DNA of 64,000 nt from Trichoplax adhaerens (Eukaryota; Animalia; Placozoa): assembly GCF_000150275.1 (NCBI RefSeq), contig NW_002060956.1:62001-126000 (forward strand). The letters are read 5' to 3'. The first letter of the stretch is position 1; each line of letters starts with the position of its first letter. Made by a program: the position numbers and the translations under genes. Below are positions 1 to 13,300 of this stretch, piece after piece. The notes below the pieces were generated by a model. It did no database searches. It was given only the letters and a program-made list of their open reading frames with translations, and was not told the origin of the DNA.

Positions 1-1263
1 TTTTTCATGATTTCCATAATACTTTTATGAATGACAACGCTATAGAGGTTATTTAGTACCTATATTTTGTAACCGTTTACTTAACAAAATAATATAAATA
101 TAGAGATTCCTACACCTTTTTTATCTATAGATCTGTTTCCTTTAGTTTGTTGCATATATAACCCTCTTTCTAACTATTATCTCCGAACTAATCAGTAAAT
201 ATCAAGCAACATACAATCTTGCTGTATGTGTACTAATAAAAATAAAGTGAGACAGCATGAATCACTTCAATTACAACTGTATAAAAAATTACAATTTAAA
301 TTGAAGACCATAGGGTGTTTTACTGATCGAATAAATCATGTAACTGATGACTATCAATTAGACAGATGTACCATACTCATCTGCATCATAACCAATCAAA
401 GATGTCTATTCATCTCTCAAAAACATATTTAAAATGTACATACAATAATTAATTGCTAAATTATAATACAAGCAAATTCTAAAAAACGGTTATTCAATTC
501 CTTTTACATTAAGAAAGTTTGAAATGAATCAATAAAGCAAAAATTAACAATATCGGCATGTATACGTCATATCGTCTCCCGGAACGTAGATACGGTTTAA
601 AGCAGATTTCGGTATTGTTTATCATAACCTATACAAATAAATTAGACGGATAACATGCATCGTTTCATACAGTATTTTTCTAAACAAAAGATTATTATAT
701 CTAAAATTCCTAAAATCACAGCAAAGTTGTATAATAAAATACTGTTCAGTAGATACTAGGTCAGTAAATACAATTTTAATTATAGCTGATAGATGAATCA
801 GATTTACTCAACATTTAATTATTCTATTAGCTTATACAATAATGATGATAATAGCTGATATTAACGTCAGCGGAGCCATAACTAATATTTACGGTATTTA
901 GAAAGCTCATTAGCCGTACCTTGACAATGTTTACATACTAATAAATTATTTGCCATCAACAAAATCCCTAATAGCTAATACTATACATCGCTATTTTACA
1001 GGGCTGAAAAAAATTGCATAAATGAATTTACTTTGGAAAACATCCATCTTATAACCACAATAAGTATTATGAAACTGAAGTAATTACAACTTAACAATAA
1101 TTTTTATAGTTGAAGTTTGCATGTAAAATTTCGAATGAAAACAGACTACATTATTCTCCATTGTAATCCTGACAAGTTACAAGAATCTTATCTATTTAAT
1201 AAGATATTGATAGTGAAATTAGAAAGTCTTTCGTGAATTTTTAGTTCAGTTTACATCAATTAT

Positions 1264-1768
1264 ACACTATGGCACAAAATTCGGCTGCATGGAGTATAAC
1301 ATTGTCACAAACCAGCTTCGTGACAAGGATAACGTAAAACAAATCTCTAAATTACTATAGTCTCCGGGATTCAGTATCCCTACTCACAAGAATTTAGACG
1401 CCTTTGATTCTACGTTAAACTCAACTAGACAATTGAGAACTGTTTTATTCAACTATCTAACGGGCTTATATACCCTTCTACAGCAGCTAACATTCACAAG
1501 TCATCTTATAAAAATACTTAGGTGAGAACATCTACTAACTAATTTTTCACAGTCGGACTACAATATGTCCATTCACAGAATCATTTCAGTACACATTACA
1601 GCGCAGCATTAAATTTACTGTAATACATTTACAATTAGAGTAATCCCTATTGTAAGTAACTAGTTGTAATATAATATCACTATATTATATTAACCAAATT
1701 TAGATATCTATTTCTTCACGGTAGTTCGTACCGTGACAAATATATTGCTATATTTTGTACCATAATGT
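1264..1768. mobile_element. Small MITE-like element (~70 bp net) hosting a solo LTR
   Basis: 17-bp imperfect terminal inverted repeats acactatggcacaaaat / attttgtaccataatgt. Absent at the paralogous site ~26130. Confidence 0.5.
1303..1738 (-). mobile_element. Solo LTR, family A
   Basis: TGTCAC...GTGACA termini and TSD AACAT/AATAT. Inverted near-copy at 61688-62128. TATATAA followed by AATAAA on the minus strand. Confidence 0.85.
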
Positions 1769-2885
1769 TGTTAATATTTCTTTTTAATAATTCAGTGAAT
1801 TTGATATTTAAACCTGTAACGATTATATTATAAGTTTAAATGTACTGCATTATATACTAGTATTTAAGAAATGTTTGACGAGTAAAATTTAACGAATGTG
1901 TGAAGTAAAACCTTACAATAAATTTGCCTACTCTATAAGTAACTATGGTGACCAGAAATTAATCTCTTAGACTAATTCTAAGCATATTGATAGATTATTC
2001 CTCAATACTTTTATATCTAAAATGATGTATATCAATAAGGCGCAATTGATTGTATAAAATCAATATCTGTCGCAATTTTTCATCTCACTTTCTCTATATC
2101 TAATGCCATATTGAGGATTATAAGCGTTGCCAAGACTAAATGATCCAATATAATTTACTATTACCGAAGTATTCTTTCTGAATGTCTATCGCTAAGTAAC
2201 CTACCCTACGTATCTTTACTGCCTCGTCTAAGAATATGATCAAGAATATTATTGGGAAATAGCATTGAATTTTTACTGCCGTCCCTCTCTAAGCGTAACT
2301 TTTGCTTGATGATGCCCTATTATCACTTGCTTACTATTTAATAGTATCAATATTCAAAAATGAAACTTTCTGAAAGATTTACATTTATGCTACTGAATCT
2401 AATATAGCATTAACAGTAATATTTACAAGTTCTGTTCGATAAACCTAGTTACTACAGTGCGTGAGTTCGTAATAAAAGAATACCTAATCTTAATATTGTA
2501 ATTTCAAGGTGCTATATTCTCTTAGAGTAATTAATGATGTTTAGTGACATAATTTTATTTAGATTATGAGATAGTATATACTGTACACATCTTGTACTTT
2601 AATATATGATTGTGACTATTTTACATTAGATTGTATATTATGTCTTGATGGTTTTGTGAATAAATATATAGTAATCTAGATGCCTTGTATCAGTCAGTCA
2701 TCGGGTATTTATGTCCTTAAATGTCATTTCATTAATTAGGCATTTCGATATAAATTTGCTGCTCATTCTATAGGCCCTTTTGATATTAGTAATAGCTTCC
2801 AGTTTTTATAAAAAGTTATCCAAGCCCTAAATTTTGATAGAAAAATTAGTTCTGAAGTATAGTGTTAACGTAAAGGTAATGGCGT

Positions 2886-3151
2886 TGTCATAAACTTAGT
2901 GTTGCGAACTACTACACTAAACTAATAGATTACTTATGCCTTGCTCCACTACACCTGGAGATCTACTGTATGGTAGTTCTTTACTACTTTCGGTCACACA
3001 GGGATAAGACTGTTCTAAAAGATTAGTATAGTTTTTATTAGTAGAGTAGCCGAGTACCTTCTCGTACAGATCTAATAAGGAAATATGATCCATTAGCTAA
3101 ATACCGACAAAATCTATTTAATTAGCAAGTACGGTGCTTTGCTCCGTAACA
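2886..3151. mobile_element. Short solo-LTR-like insertion
   Basis: TGTCA...TAACA termini with a perfect 5-bp TSD GGCGT (2881-2885, 3152-3156). Absent in block B (~26585). Confidence 0.75.
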
Positions 3152-3644
3152 GGCGTACAAATCACTGAGAATCTGTAGGATTTAGAATGAGTGTTCTAAA
3201 GTGTTTCTTAGATGGATTTTGCTGCCCTAATACGTAATTCAGAGACAAGATTTTAAGATTTAGCTTTTTCGCTATCTTGTCACAAAGCTGGTTAGTAGCA
3301 TATAAATTTAATGAAATAATGATTTTCTGTGAGCAGATGATACATACTAATTATCCATATTATTGTAGACTGTTTTATCGATAAAAGTTGGGACAATGCT
3401 TCCATTGTGTTATTAAAAACATCATTCTTAGTAATCTAGAAATGTAAGATGAATGGCGTTTCTAACACTTAGAGTGATTGACATTCTCGTGTGGAGGACT
3501 GAGTTGTTGATTGGCTCATTAGTAAGTGCAAGATATTGCAAGGCCATTATTATTGATTTGCCTATTTCATACTAATCTTTTACTCGCAATTCTTACGTAA
3601 ATTTATTTATGTTAATCTAATACGGAAGTTTTATCTGGTGTGCA

Positions 3645-4465
3645 TGTGACATAGCTGATCAAGAAAATCCAAAATTTGTAGAGATTTGGAACATTGTTAG
3701 ATCTTATACAAAGATAATACATGCACAACTATACTTTAGCCGAATACAGCTACTAAATACTCCTAGAAAGAATTACTAGAACAATTATAGTTGCCAGCTT
3801 TTATACTTTCCGTAGCATTCGCAGCTATTATCAGTATAGCAACATTCTACTATATTCAATATACAGTTGTTACAGAGCCATGCTCCGAAATATTAATTGC
3901 TATGTTAATTAAAATATCTCATTTAAATTGTTGTTTGCTCCAGTAGCTTATTAGATATTAATGTTAATTAATAAGTACTTATAATTGCCAAGGTATCATA
4001 GGATATGTATACTGTACAGTATAAGTCGCTATGTCAAGAATATTCGCAAGTGCATCATCGGCGTAGGCCGAGACTATTAAAAAGGCGAGCACTAGCTTAG
4101 CTGCTCAGTTCCATTTAGTCACTTGCAGGATCACTTGACTTTTATTGCTAAGAATATTCTTACGTTTTTCTTTAGTACATCTTACGACGAAGATTAACGT
4201 AAATAAAGTGATGTATTTAAACCTATTACTCATTAGTAGCTTATTTGTGTAGCTGAGAGTTAGTTCAACTACGATAGGTCCCTAAGTTAATTGGGAACAC
4301 GAGTACTAGTGAAGATAGTGTTTCAGACCCGTTTTCTAGTTACAAAGAAGATTTGTAACAACAGTATATTCAGATTATTATTAGGGATAACATTTTACAG
4401 TGAGCCATCACTAATCCAATCTGGAAACTACTACAGTATTTATGTAGACTTTATTTCTGCCATCA
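3645..4465 (-). mobile_element. Diverged, truncated solo LTR of family C, interrupted by a nested LTR
   Basis: Starts TGTGAC and matches 9706-10272 ('tatactttccgtagcattcgcagcta', 'actacagtatttatgtagac'). The right end is lost at the junction with the pseudogene exon. Confidence 0.75.
3868..4360 (+). mobile_element. Nested solo LTR, family B
   Basis: Perfect 7-bp inverted termini TGTTACA...TGTAACA and perfect TSD ACAGT (3863-3867, 4361-4365). TATA-like box ~4075 and AATAAA ~4202. Confidence 0.85.
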
Positions 4466-7017
4466 TAGTGGTGAGTAAAATACTATGATTATCAGACAAG
4501 GTAGTCGATAATAGCGAAAGATTTATTTCGCTAGTACGAATATCAGACAGGGTAGTAGGGAAGCATATACATCTAATTGACTAGAAGCAGCTGTTGCCGA
4601 AATAACATTATTACTAGTTAGCATAGATATCACAGACGAGGAAATTAATTGGTTAGTAGAAAAACTACAGCTTGCTGAACCTGTGCTAACTGTGGTCGGA
4701 TAAGAGTAAGAAACTTGACAAAAATTAATTGTCTTTAAGAAGTGCTTGCATAAAAAGTTTCACAGTCATTATCCTACCAGTGCACAAGATCAGCAAGTTT
4801 TGTAATGTGAAAACATCCAAAAGCTGAATATAATGGATAGGTCTACAACCAAAATTGTGAACTAGCTATAACGTCTTGAGCGTTCGCCAACCAATGATAA
4901 TTACCTAGCTGGTTGTTATCCATAGTATCTTTTAACCCAATCCAGTGACAAGTCTAGAGTATTAGTATATCATCTAGGCCATCATGAATTTCAGAGCTAT
5001 TATCAATTGTCAAATCGATACTAGGAAATGCCTGGCAAGCAGCTAGAGCACCACCGAAGGATTTCATGGCCCCAAAGCGCTTGAAATAATACTTATCGAT
5101 TCCTCTATCCAGTTAAGAGTTTGTCATTAGCCAAAATTTATAGTTTCTTAACAGTTTGTCATACTTGACATTTTGTTAATTAATAAAGATCAACTATGCT
5201 TTAGGTACTCTCCTACCATTTAATTTTGGAATACTGTGCATGATTTTCAGTATTGTAACATACTGGTATGTATCACTAATAAATAACTTTTTTCGATATT
5301 TAACTACAGTCTATGCAACTCCAAATTCGATATTTAGGTAAAGCAGCTGTAATTTTAGTACATCCCCTTTTCAACTGTAGCAAGCTAATCTTTTAAAACT
5401 GCAATCATATCATAGCTATCAAAAATATAATTGTTTCTTAGTCTGTATTGTAACTAATTTCAACCCATTTTTAAATATCATCGTATCTACGACAGTATAT
5501 CATCTCTAATACGTCATCTAGGACGATACTATGCAGTAATTATGTTTCTTTTCAATATTACTGTGCTCAAGGTCAAGCATTAGGTAATGGATAACATACT
5601 ATAAAGATGATGCTGACATCAGTATCAGGATCATAGTCAAGATCGAAAATAGGAAGAATCTGTATTTGATAGGCATCTTCCCTACAGTACAGCATTTAGC
5701 ATCGTTCATAGTTATATTTTCGTTAATCGTTTTAATAAGCATTATCGAATAGTTTCGCTAATAATCATCCTTTCAATTTTGAGTAAATTGATCAATTTAT
5801 ACAATCATCAATGATCTCATTACGTCAAGAAAATAAACTAATCACTGATATACACATCACTATTATTGGAAATTTAATCCATTGGTTACTTTACCTTCAA
5901 TCTAAAATCTATACTATTTATATCATCTATTGATTAATACTTTAACGAACCGTCAGCATTGATGGCAGTTAACGTTACATAAACGATCTAAAAAAGATAA
6001 AAAGATAATGATATCAATTCTGTCAAGACAAAAAGCTATAACAAAATTGATCGACCTAGCTGTCTATTACAAGCTATCGAAAAAATTCCATCAAAATTTC
6101 TTCTCTAAATACTCGATATAACGATTAGATAAAATAACTTCAGTAAAATGAATTTTAAGAGTAGGAATACAAGCAGTAAATAATGTCATCGGATACTGTA
6201 TAGTAATAGTAAAAGACTATAACTCTTTCATTACAAATCACGTTATTGATCAAAATTTGTCATAGAATCAAAGTAGAAAGATGTAATCTGTTAATTGAGT
6301 ATCTATATAACACGAATTAATATAATGTAAAGTTAAGAAAAAGAGCGTATAAAATGATTGCTTACCATGTGCTGTGATATATTTAATTTTATGTTATTGA
6401 TTTTATGAACGCACACTAGATAAAATTTCTTTACCCGTTAGTTTTTAATACATTTATATTAGTATTTTTGAGGTACTATATGATAATGGGTAACAGTAAT
6501 GTACAGTACATACCAAGCAAGCAATACATAAATCCTGAAAATTGGAAGGTATGTTATGTTGAACACAGATAAATTAAAGCAGCATAAGCCTTTAAAAGTG
6601 AACTAGTATCAAGTTGAGTACGATTAAAATGCCTGAAAGAAAATTGTATTTCACTACAATTCTTAAAGATATTCGGAAAGTTAAAAGATATATACAAGCA
6701 ATAAACTAGATGCGCATCACGATTATTTCATAAGAAAAAATTGGAATGAAATTGAGTAGATAGCTTCAAAGTATAATCTTGTCATATTTTCAATAGATAC
6801 TACTGCATCGCTATCAGTAACATACATTTGCAAGACGAGAAGATCTCTATAAGCGCTCATGCTTTCTTTCTGAAAATGTACTAGAATAGAATCGAAGTGT
6901 CAGCCTATACGACCAATATTCTTGTCCCAAGTGTCATAAAGGTATTTTAGTTAAAAATTCAAATAAAATGTAATATCGGAAATACGAAAGCATTAAAATT
7001 ACCAAAATGATTTTCGT
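4465..7017 (-). pseudogene. Truncated pseudogene of CTLD adhesion GPCR (sister of gene 2): exons 1-2 and 5' part of exon 3 only
   Basis: Exon 1 (7003-7017) has ATG changed to ACG. Exon 2 (~5951-5987) encodes IVYVTLTAINAD. The CTLD exon (ACQAFP, CHWIGLKD, YHWL) has in-frame TAG at 4954-4956, 4843-4845 and 4774-4776, and has lost the CESGW segment. All GAIN and 7TM exons are missing. Confidence 0.9.
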
Positions 7018-9705
7018 CTGATCTGTTTGTCAAGGTAGAAGTATGAGTTGCAATACAAATAAATGGAGCGAGGATATTAACTATAAACTCGTATCAAAAT
7101 AGTATCATTTGTTCACAGCTACTAGTAATAACAAATGTTTCAGTTATTAAAATGGCGCCAATTTTATTCTGCTTACAGTATTTATTCTCTGATACTATCA
7201 TTGACTGCACTATTATATCATTAATGATTACTTGTTTTATAGTAAAGTATTTGAATTGACCAAACCCATACCTTTCCATACATATCAAGAATTCCAGAAT
7301 AGATAATAAAAACCGCAACGAGAAATAGGATTTATTATAACATATCCAGCATCATATCTGTATAACAGCCGAAAAAAGCTATCACAAATAGAATAGATTA
7401 CACCGCTAAGCACTAGCCCTAAAATGGATTAAAAATTATCACCTACGTTACAACAATAACAAAATTATTTTTTAATTTTCTTTTTTAATATGACGAATAT
7501 AATAGATATTTTTACTAGATAACCTATGGCCAATAATTTATTATTTCTTCTAACTAAAGGCATCTGTTACAATCCTCTTTTGTGATAAAGATTTGCAGAA
7601 AAACTTTAGCGTAGGTACGATAACTCGGGCTACTTCCCTAGTATGCATATTTTGAGCCTCTACGCTAGCGATATATGAGAACTTAATTTCTCGGCTGTAC
7701 TCCACAGATAACTGATTAATTATTGTAATTTTCTCACGTTACGACTCACGTACGCTTCATAAGTAATTACTACTTTACTTTACAACCACAAACACTGAAA
7801 CAGTTTTCTACAATGAATTTCAATATTTTAACTAGCGTGAAAAAGGTACATATTTTACAAGTTACATATATGCAATTACTAAATAGATACGAGTATGCAG
7901 ATATTCCGGAAATTAGAGTATTGAAACCCTCATTCTCCGTCTATATATTCTTTAATCCTGGAGTCCAGCAAGACTTTTAATTTACAGTAAATAGATACAC
8001 AATAGCTTGTATTTTATATCACAATTCCACAACCAAAGTATTGACCACAACCCCAATAAAATTTAACAACATAACATATGACCTTATCTAGACTATTTTA
8101 AGGTATTCATTATTTGCTAATCAATAATGACTTTAATTGATTACGCAGTGCCGTAATAGCATCACATTCAGCCTTATTAATCATCCATACGTATTCCTGT
8201 GCTCTTTATTAAGAACCTATATTCAATTATTACGATATCATATAAGCTATGATGATATAAAATTGTAATTGCCTCTCTTACTACAAGCAAATTTCGGACC
8301 TCAAACGATAAGTAGCGGTTATAAATTGTGTCCTATTTTCCTGATGTGCTGCACATTAAATCGGTTTGGATTTATTATTAATACCTTGAAGTGAATTTAT
8401 ACATTTATGACTATTTTTAAAGGCATTCTGAAGATATAAAATTTATCCCTTTACCTCTAGATTATTATTTTGTATACCGCTACTATTCTCGGCTGATAGC
8501 AAATTTGGCTCAAATTACGAATCATATTGAAAGATGGTTAACTATGTACTAAAACCTCAATCTGTGATGCTTCAGGTATAAAGTGCACCATTATCTAACA
8601 GCTAAATAATAGCATTCAAGCAGATAACTTTAAAATCAGATTTTATTTGACTAACATAAACAGCACTTTGCAGTTTTAATCGTGGCATAACTATTAACAA
8701 ATATCAGATGAAAAGCATGTAATAAATACAGCAGCAATAACTTTTGAGTAAGCAAAGTTGGAAAGCAACGGCTGTATAACTCGAGAGACGATCTTTCTGT
8801 TATCATTTTAAGTTTATATGTCTGTAATGATTTCAATGATGTTAAGCTATGCTATATAGTAATAGTAAAAGACTATTAATCGGTCATTACAACGTCTACG
8901 ATAATTTCTGTGCGTATTTATGAGTTGGTATGATATTGTCCGAAACATTATGCTTAATAGCTACGATATGGACATTGACCGCAGAATTAATAAGAAAGTT
9001 AAATTTGAAATGCCGAAACAATGCTATCATTCACTTATTTTGCCATTAAAAATGGATACATCAACGATATCGATATAGAGAGATCGCCGAATAAAATTTA
9101 TTTCTTACACCGTCCTAAAATTCTGATATCAACTAATTCTTATCATAAGCAATTCATTACGATATTGCTCATTAGCTTAATTAAGTGTTATCAGTGATGG
9201 AACCATAAATAGTCACAAACAAATTTAAATTGATTTTTCTATTAACTTTTGACTTGGAATTATCAACGAACTTGTTAACTAATATTGAACACAAGGTTGT
9301 ATTTTATAAATATCTAATGAATTATTAATTACTCTGATTAATATGAACTGATTTTATAATATATTCACGATTTAAACTTCAACATAGGTTACCTAGGCTC
9401 ATTTTTCCCTGTTGTTTATGAAGACGATGTACGTAAAAATTTTTTGATTTCCCTATTGCTGGATCTATTCTTTGTTTTCATTTGTATAGGAACATCCTTT
9501 ATTATTACCACTTTCGCACTAATACATGAATAATTACCATTGCACAATTTCGTTGTATATATTTAGAGAGAATAATTAAATATAATTACTGACAATGCGC
9601 CGCGAGCATCTAAATTAAAAGACATCTTTGGACTCCATCGAAGATTAATTATTATTGTACAATTTCGTATTATATGCATATGGAGAATAATTATGTATTA
9701 ATGTG

Positions 9706-10272
9706 TGTGATATATACCGATCACGAAATTCCAACTTTTAGAAAAATAAGGGCTTTACTGAATCTTATACAAAGACTAACTACACATAGCTCTACTCTAG
9801 CCGAATACTACTACTAAAGACTTCTACAACGAACTAACTGAATAATCTAAAGTTGCATGCCTTTATACTTTTCGTAGCATTCGCAGCTACAATCCGCATG
9901 GCAACCTTTTACCTTATTTTACATATAGTTAAATTATTCTTAGTAACACTATTCTACTGCGGACCATCATTAATCCGAAATGGATACGACTACAGTATTT
10001 ACGTAGACATTATTCACACCAGCCAAAGTACAATGAATTAACCATATCCTAATATACGATTTGCAGTTCTATTTTTACCTATAACCTTATTAGTAACTCA
10101 ACACCTTACTGTACTGTATATAGTCATCTGTACTTTAGCATAGAGTCTATACCACTACAGTCTATAGTTATGGCTACCAAATATCTCTTAGGATAAAAAT
10201 AGAAGTTACGCTACAGTTCATTATACTAAACATGGCTAACAGTCTACAATCACAATACTAAATTACATTACA
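9706..10272 (-). mobile_element. Solo LTR, family C
   Basis: TGTGAT...ATTACA termini with perfect TSD ATGTG. Near-identical copy at 24804-25364. Minus-strand TATAAA at 9862-9867 and AGTAAA at 9754-9759. Confidence 0.9.
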
Positions 10273-10346
10273 ATGTGATATACGTAATATTCATAAGTAG
10301 AAATCCAAATTACGCTTCAAATGTCGTTCCTTTATCTCTGATTAAA

Positions 10347-13300
10347 TTAAAGATGAGTAACGACATCTGTCATATTGTTCGCTGACACGTCAGGATTATC
10401 GAACGTAGAGAGCAAGGTAGTAACACTAGATCGAAAAAGTTAAATCATAATTCGAGAGATTAATTATATATCTTAATCTGTGAGACAAATCAATATCGTC
10501 ACAATCAATAATGTCTAAACTAAAATATATATGAACAGGCTTCTGTATCTTCATTTAAGTGAAATATACAATGCAAAAAATACGTCTGTAGTAGTATTAC
10601 TCACCTGTTTGATGAATCCTTTCTTATAGCTATCAATTCAACATTAAGAACCAGAAGATTAATTTTAGATAATTATTTGAAATAAATACTTGCAAATTAA
10701 GGAACTAATAAATATTTCTTAACTAGTTATCAGTAGTATGGATAAGCTAATATTTGCTATAGTCTTAAAAATATGATCATTTTAAACCGATGATGGTCAT
10801 TTCTAAATGAATGAATGTATTTGAATCTGATACCTGCAGTCTTATTATGACTGAATGAACATCTTCCAATATCCCTACATTCATAACATGCATTATCTTG
10901 AGAAATTGGACGCACTGATATTTTAGCAGTACGACTGGAACGTGTATTTTCGAGCTAAGTTGAAACATTGTAGTTAGATAAATACGCATGTTAGAGTCCG
11001 ATAAATGAAAGATAAATAGATTTTACTCATTCTAATTTAGTGCCGTATTCACTAGCTAAGGATATAAGCAGTCTAATTTCATCCCGAAACTAAGTTATAT
11101 AGTAGTACAGAACCGGCTTATCTTAAGACATTAAAAATTAGTAACAAGTCGTACTCGAATATCTCTGCTACAATCGCCAGTAGAGCGCGTTGGAAAAATC
11201 ATGGAACCAAGTTTGAACTTCTTCCGCATGTAATCTTGCATCTAATAGTAATCGAATAGGTCATGATATAAAGCAACATAGCTACTATCAATTCTCATCA
11301 TTTACTGCTATTTTAATATTATGGCATGTATAACTGCTCTTAGTATGTTGTCGGCATTTAGAAAGTAACTTTAAAAGCTTTGCATTGATGATCGCCGATC
11401 TTTCACTTTACCATGCTATTATAATTATAATTTACGTTTGCATAAAAGAGATTAAAAACACATGATCAATAACTTACCTCGCGATCTTGAAAGCAGTGAA
11501 AGTAAAAGATCAACAATCCCTTTACACCAAGGAAAATAACAAAATCATTAATAGTGTTAAATAAACAGAACCAATATATGTGGCGGAGAGAAGGCTAACA
11601 AAAAAATAAGACTATTAGTGCTATGCAGGCTAAAAGCAAACCTGTGGACAGTTTAATATTGTAAACAAGTAAGCCAAGACAATATGGTTCGTAGCATAAT
11701 ACAAGATACCAAATATCCATGATATACCAAAGAGAAAGACCAAGGAAGTTACAGCTTTTATTCCGACTCTACATGAAATCGGTAAAAAGTACCTTGATTA
11801 GGCTATCATATTACTTGTTGCTATTCATCTATCTGGAAATACTTGCAGGTTTTATTAATAACAAAGTCAAGTTTTTTAACTTTTATATCTGAGACATTTT
11901 ATACATATTTTTACAGTTATAATATATATCATTATATTAGCATCTTAGCAATTAAATTCAGAAGGGACGAATTTTTTACCATACTTGAATTTTTGAATTT
12001 CGGACTTTCGGACCACAGCCTTAATAGAGAAAAGTGACCTAATAGCGGTGACTACTACCACCACGTTCCACTAGAACATCCGGTGAAGAAAATAATTATT
12101 TAAATTTCGCCTATGGGTTAGAATATTAGTAATACCGGCACTGATTATATCTAATAAATACGAGGGTAGTCAATCTTTTCATTAGCCAATGTTAGCCTAG
12201 ACTATGTCACAAACTATATAGCTAAAACTAATTAATTAATTGTAGATCAAAGACAGATTGATAATACTATAATTTTACAAATACTATACGAAGTAAATAT
12301 TAAATATTGGTTATCTAGTTGTTAAGATACATTTTACTGATATTTCAAGCCTTATATGAAATATAACTGTCTTCATTATCTCACCGCAACTATAAAAATA
12401 ATTGGACCTACAAAGAACCACATTTGAGTAGTAGCATTTCGAATCCAGCAACTGTCAAAAGCGATGTTCAATTAATTACATGTTAACAGATATATGAGTA
12501 CACGATCATCGTTTATTCATGCTAAAAACTTACTAATCTCGATTACGATAGGCATCAATCCCAGTAGATGCGGACACAGATACTACAATAGCTGGAGGCG
12601 CTAAGAGCCATTTATAAAAATAAATAAAAAATATTTCAATTGTCACAACATTTGTATTAATAAATGACCTATGATACAAATGTTAAACGAAATTACTTCT
12701 TACACTTTCTTAAATTAAATAGATTAACAACGATTATCGATAATCAATTTACTGTACTAACAGTAAATATTCAATTTTAAAATAATATTACAGCTACTGC
12801 GATTTACGGATATATCTTTTATACGCACCCCAGCCGAAAATAAAGTAAACCCATCGAAGGTTCGGATCCATATTTTTGCGTACGGAAGAAATTTTGTGCA
12901 AAAGTAGTATGGCTTCCATCATCATCCACATTAAACTAGCCAAGTAGAAGAAATGTAACGTAATCGCAATGATGGTGCAAATAAGCTACAGTTAAAGAAA
13001 GTCACAATTATTTCATTATAGCCAATTTTGAAAAATGCAGTTGACGCTCTTATAACAATTGTCATCGTATACTTTTAATATATCTAGAAATAACAATAAC
13101 GGTTATCACGTATACGTATATTTTATCATTAAGATATCTTAAAGTTATCATGATCAATCTCTCGTATGCTTAGTTTTTAAGTATCAATAATACGTACTTA
13201 GAGAACAGACAAATGCCGTACATTCAAAATATCATAAATTTTATCACCGGTATTCGAATATCTTGTAATTTTATACAAGGCATTATTTTATCTATCATCT

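Larger units (their letters stand above)
300..9507. repeat. Segmental duplication block A, paralogous to ~23800-44247, with a ~11 kb internal deletion
   Basis: Colinear similarity read by eye, e.g. 345 'tgatgactatcaattagacagatg' ~ 23834, 6598 'gtgaactagtatc' ~ 40493, 7611 'gtaggtacgataactcgggctactt' ~ 41276, 9481 'tttgtataggaacatcc' ~ 44221. Confidence 0.9.

Noticed and set aside
9853-10041. Near-identical 62-aa ORFs here and at 24950-25138
   Set aside because: TTG-started chance ORFs inside two copies of the family C LTR. Their similarity reflects recent transposition.
10834-10954. CxxC-x5-C-x3-H (CYECRDIGRCSFSH) in the gene 1 tail resembling a zinc finger
   Set aside because: Not conserved in the homologous exons of genes 2 and 3.
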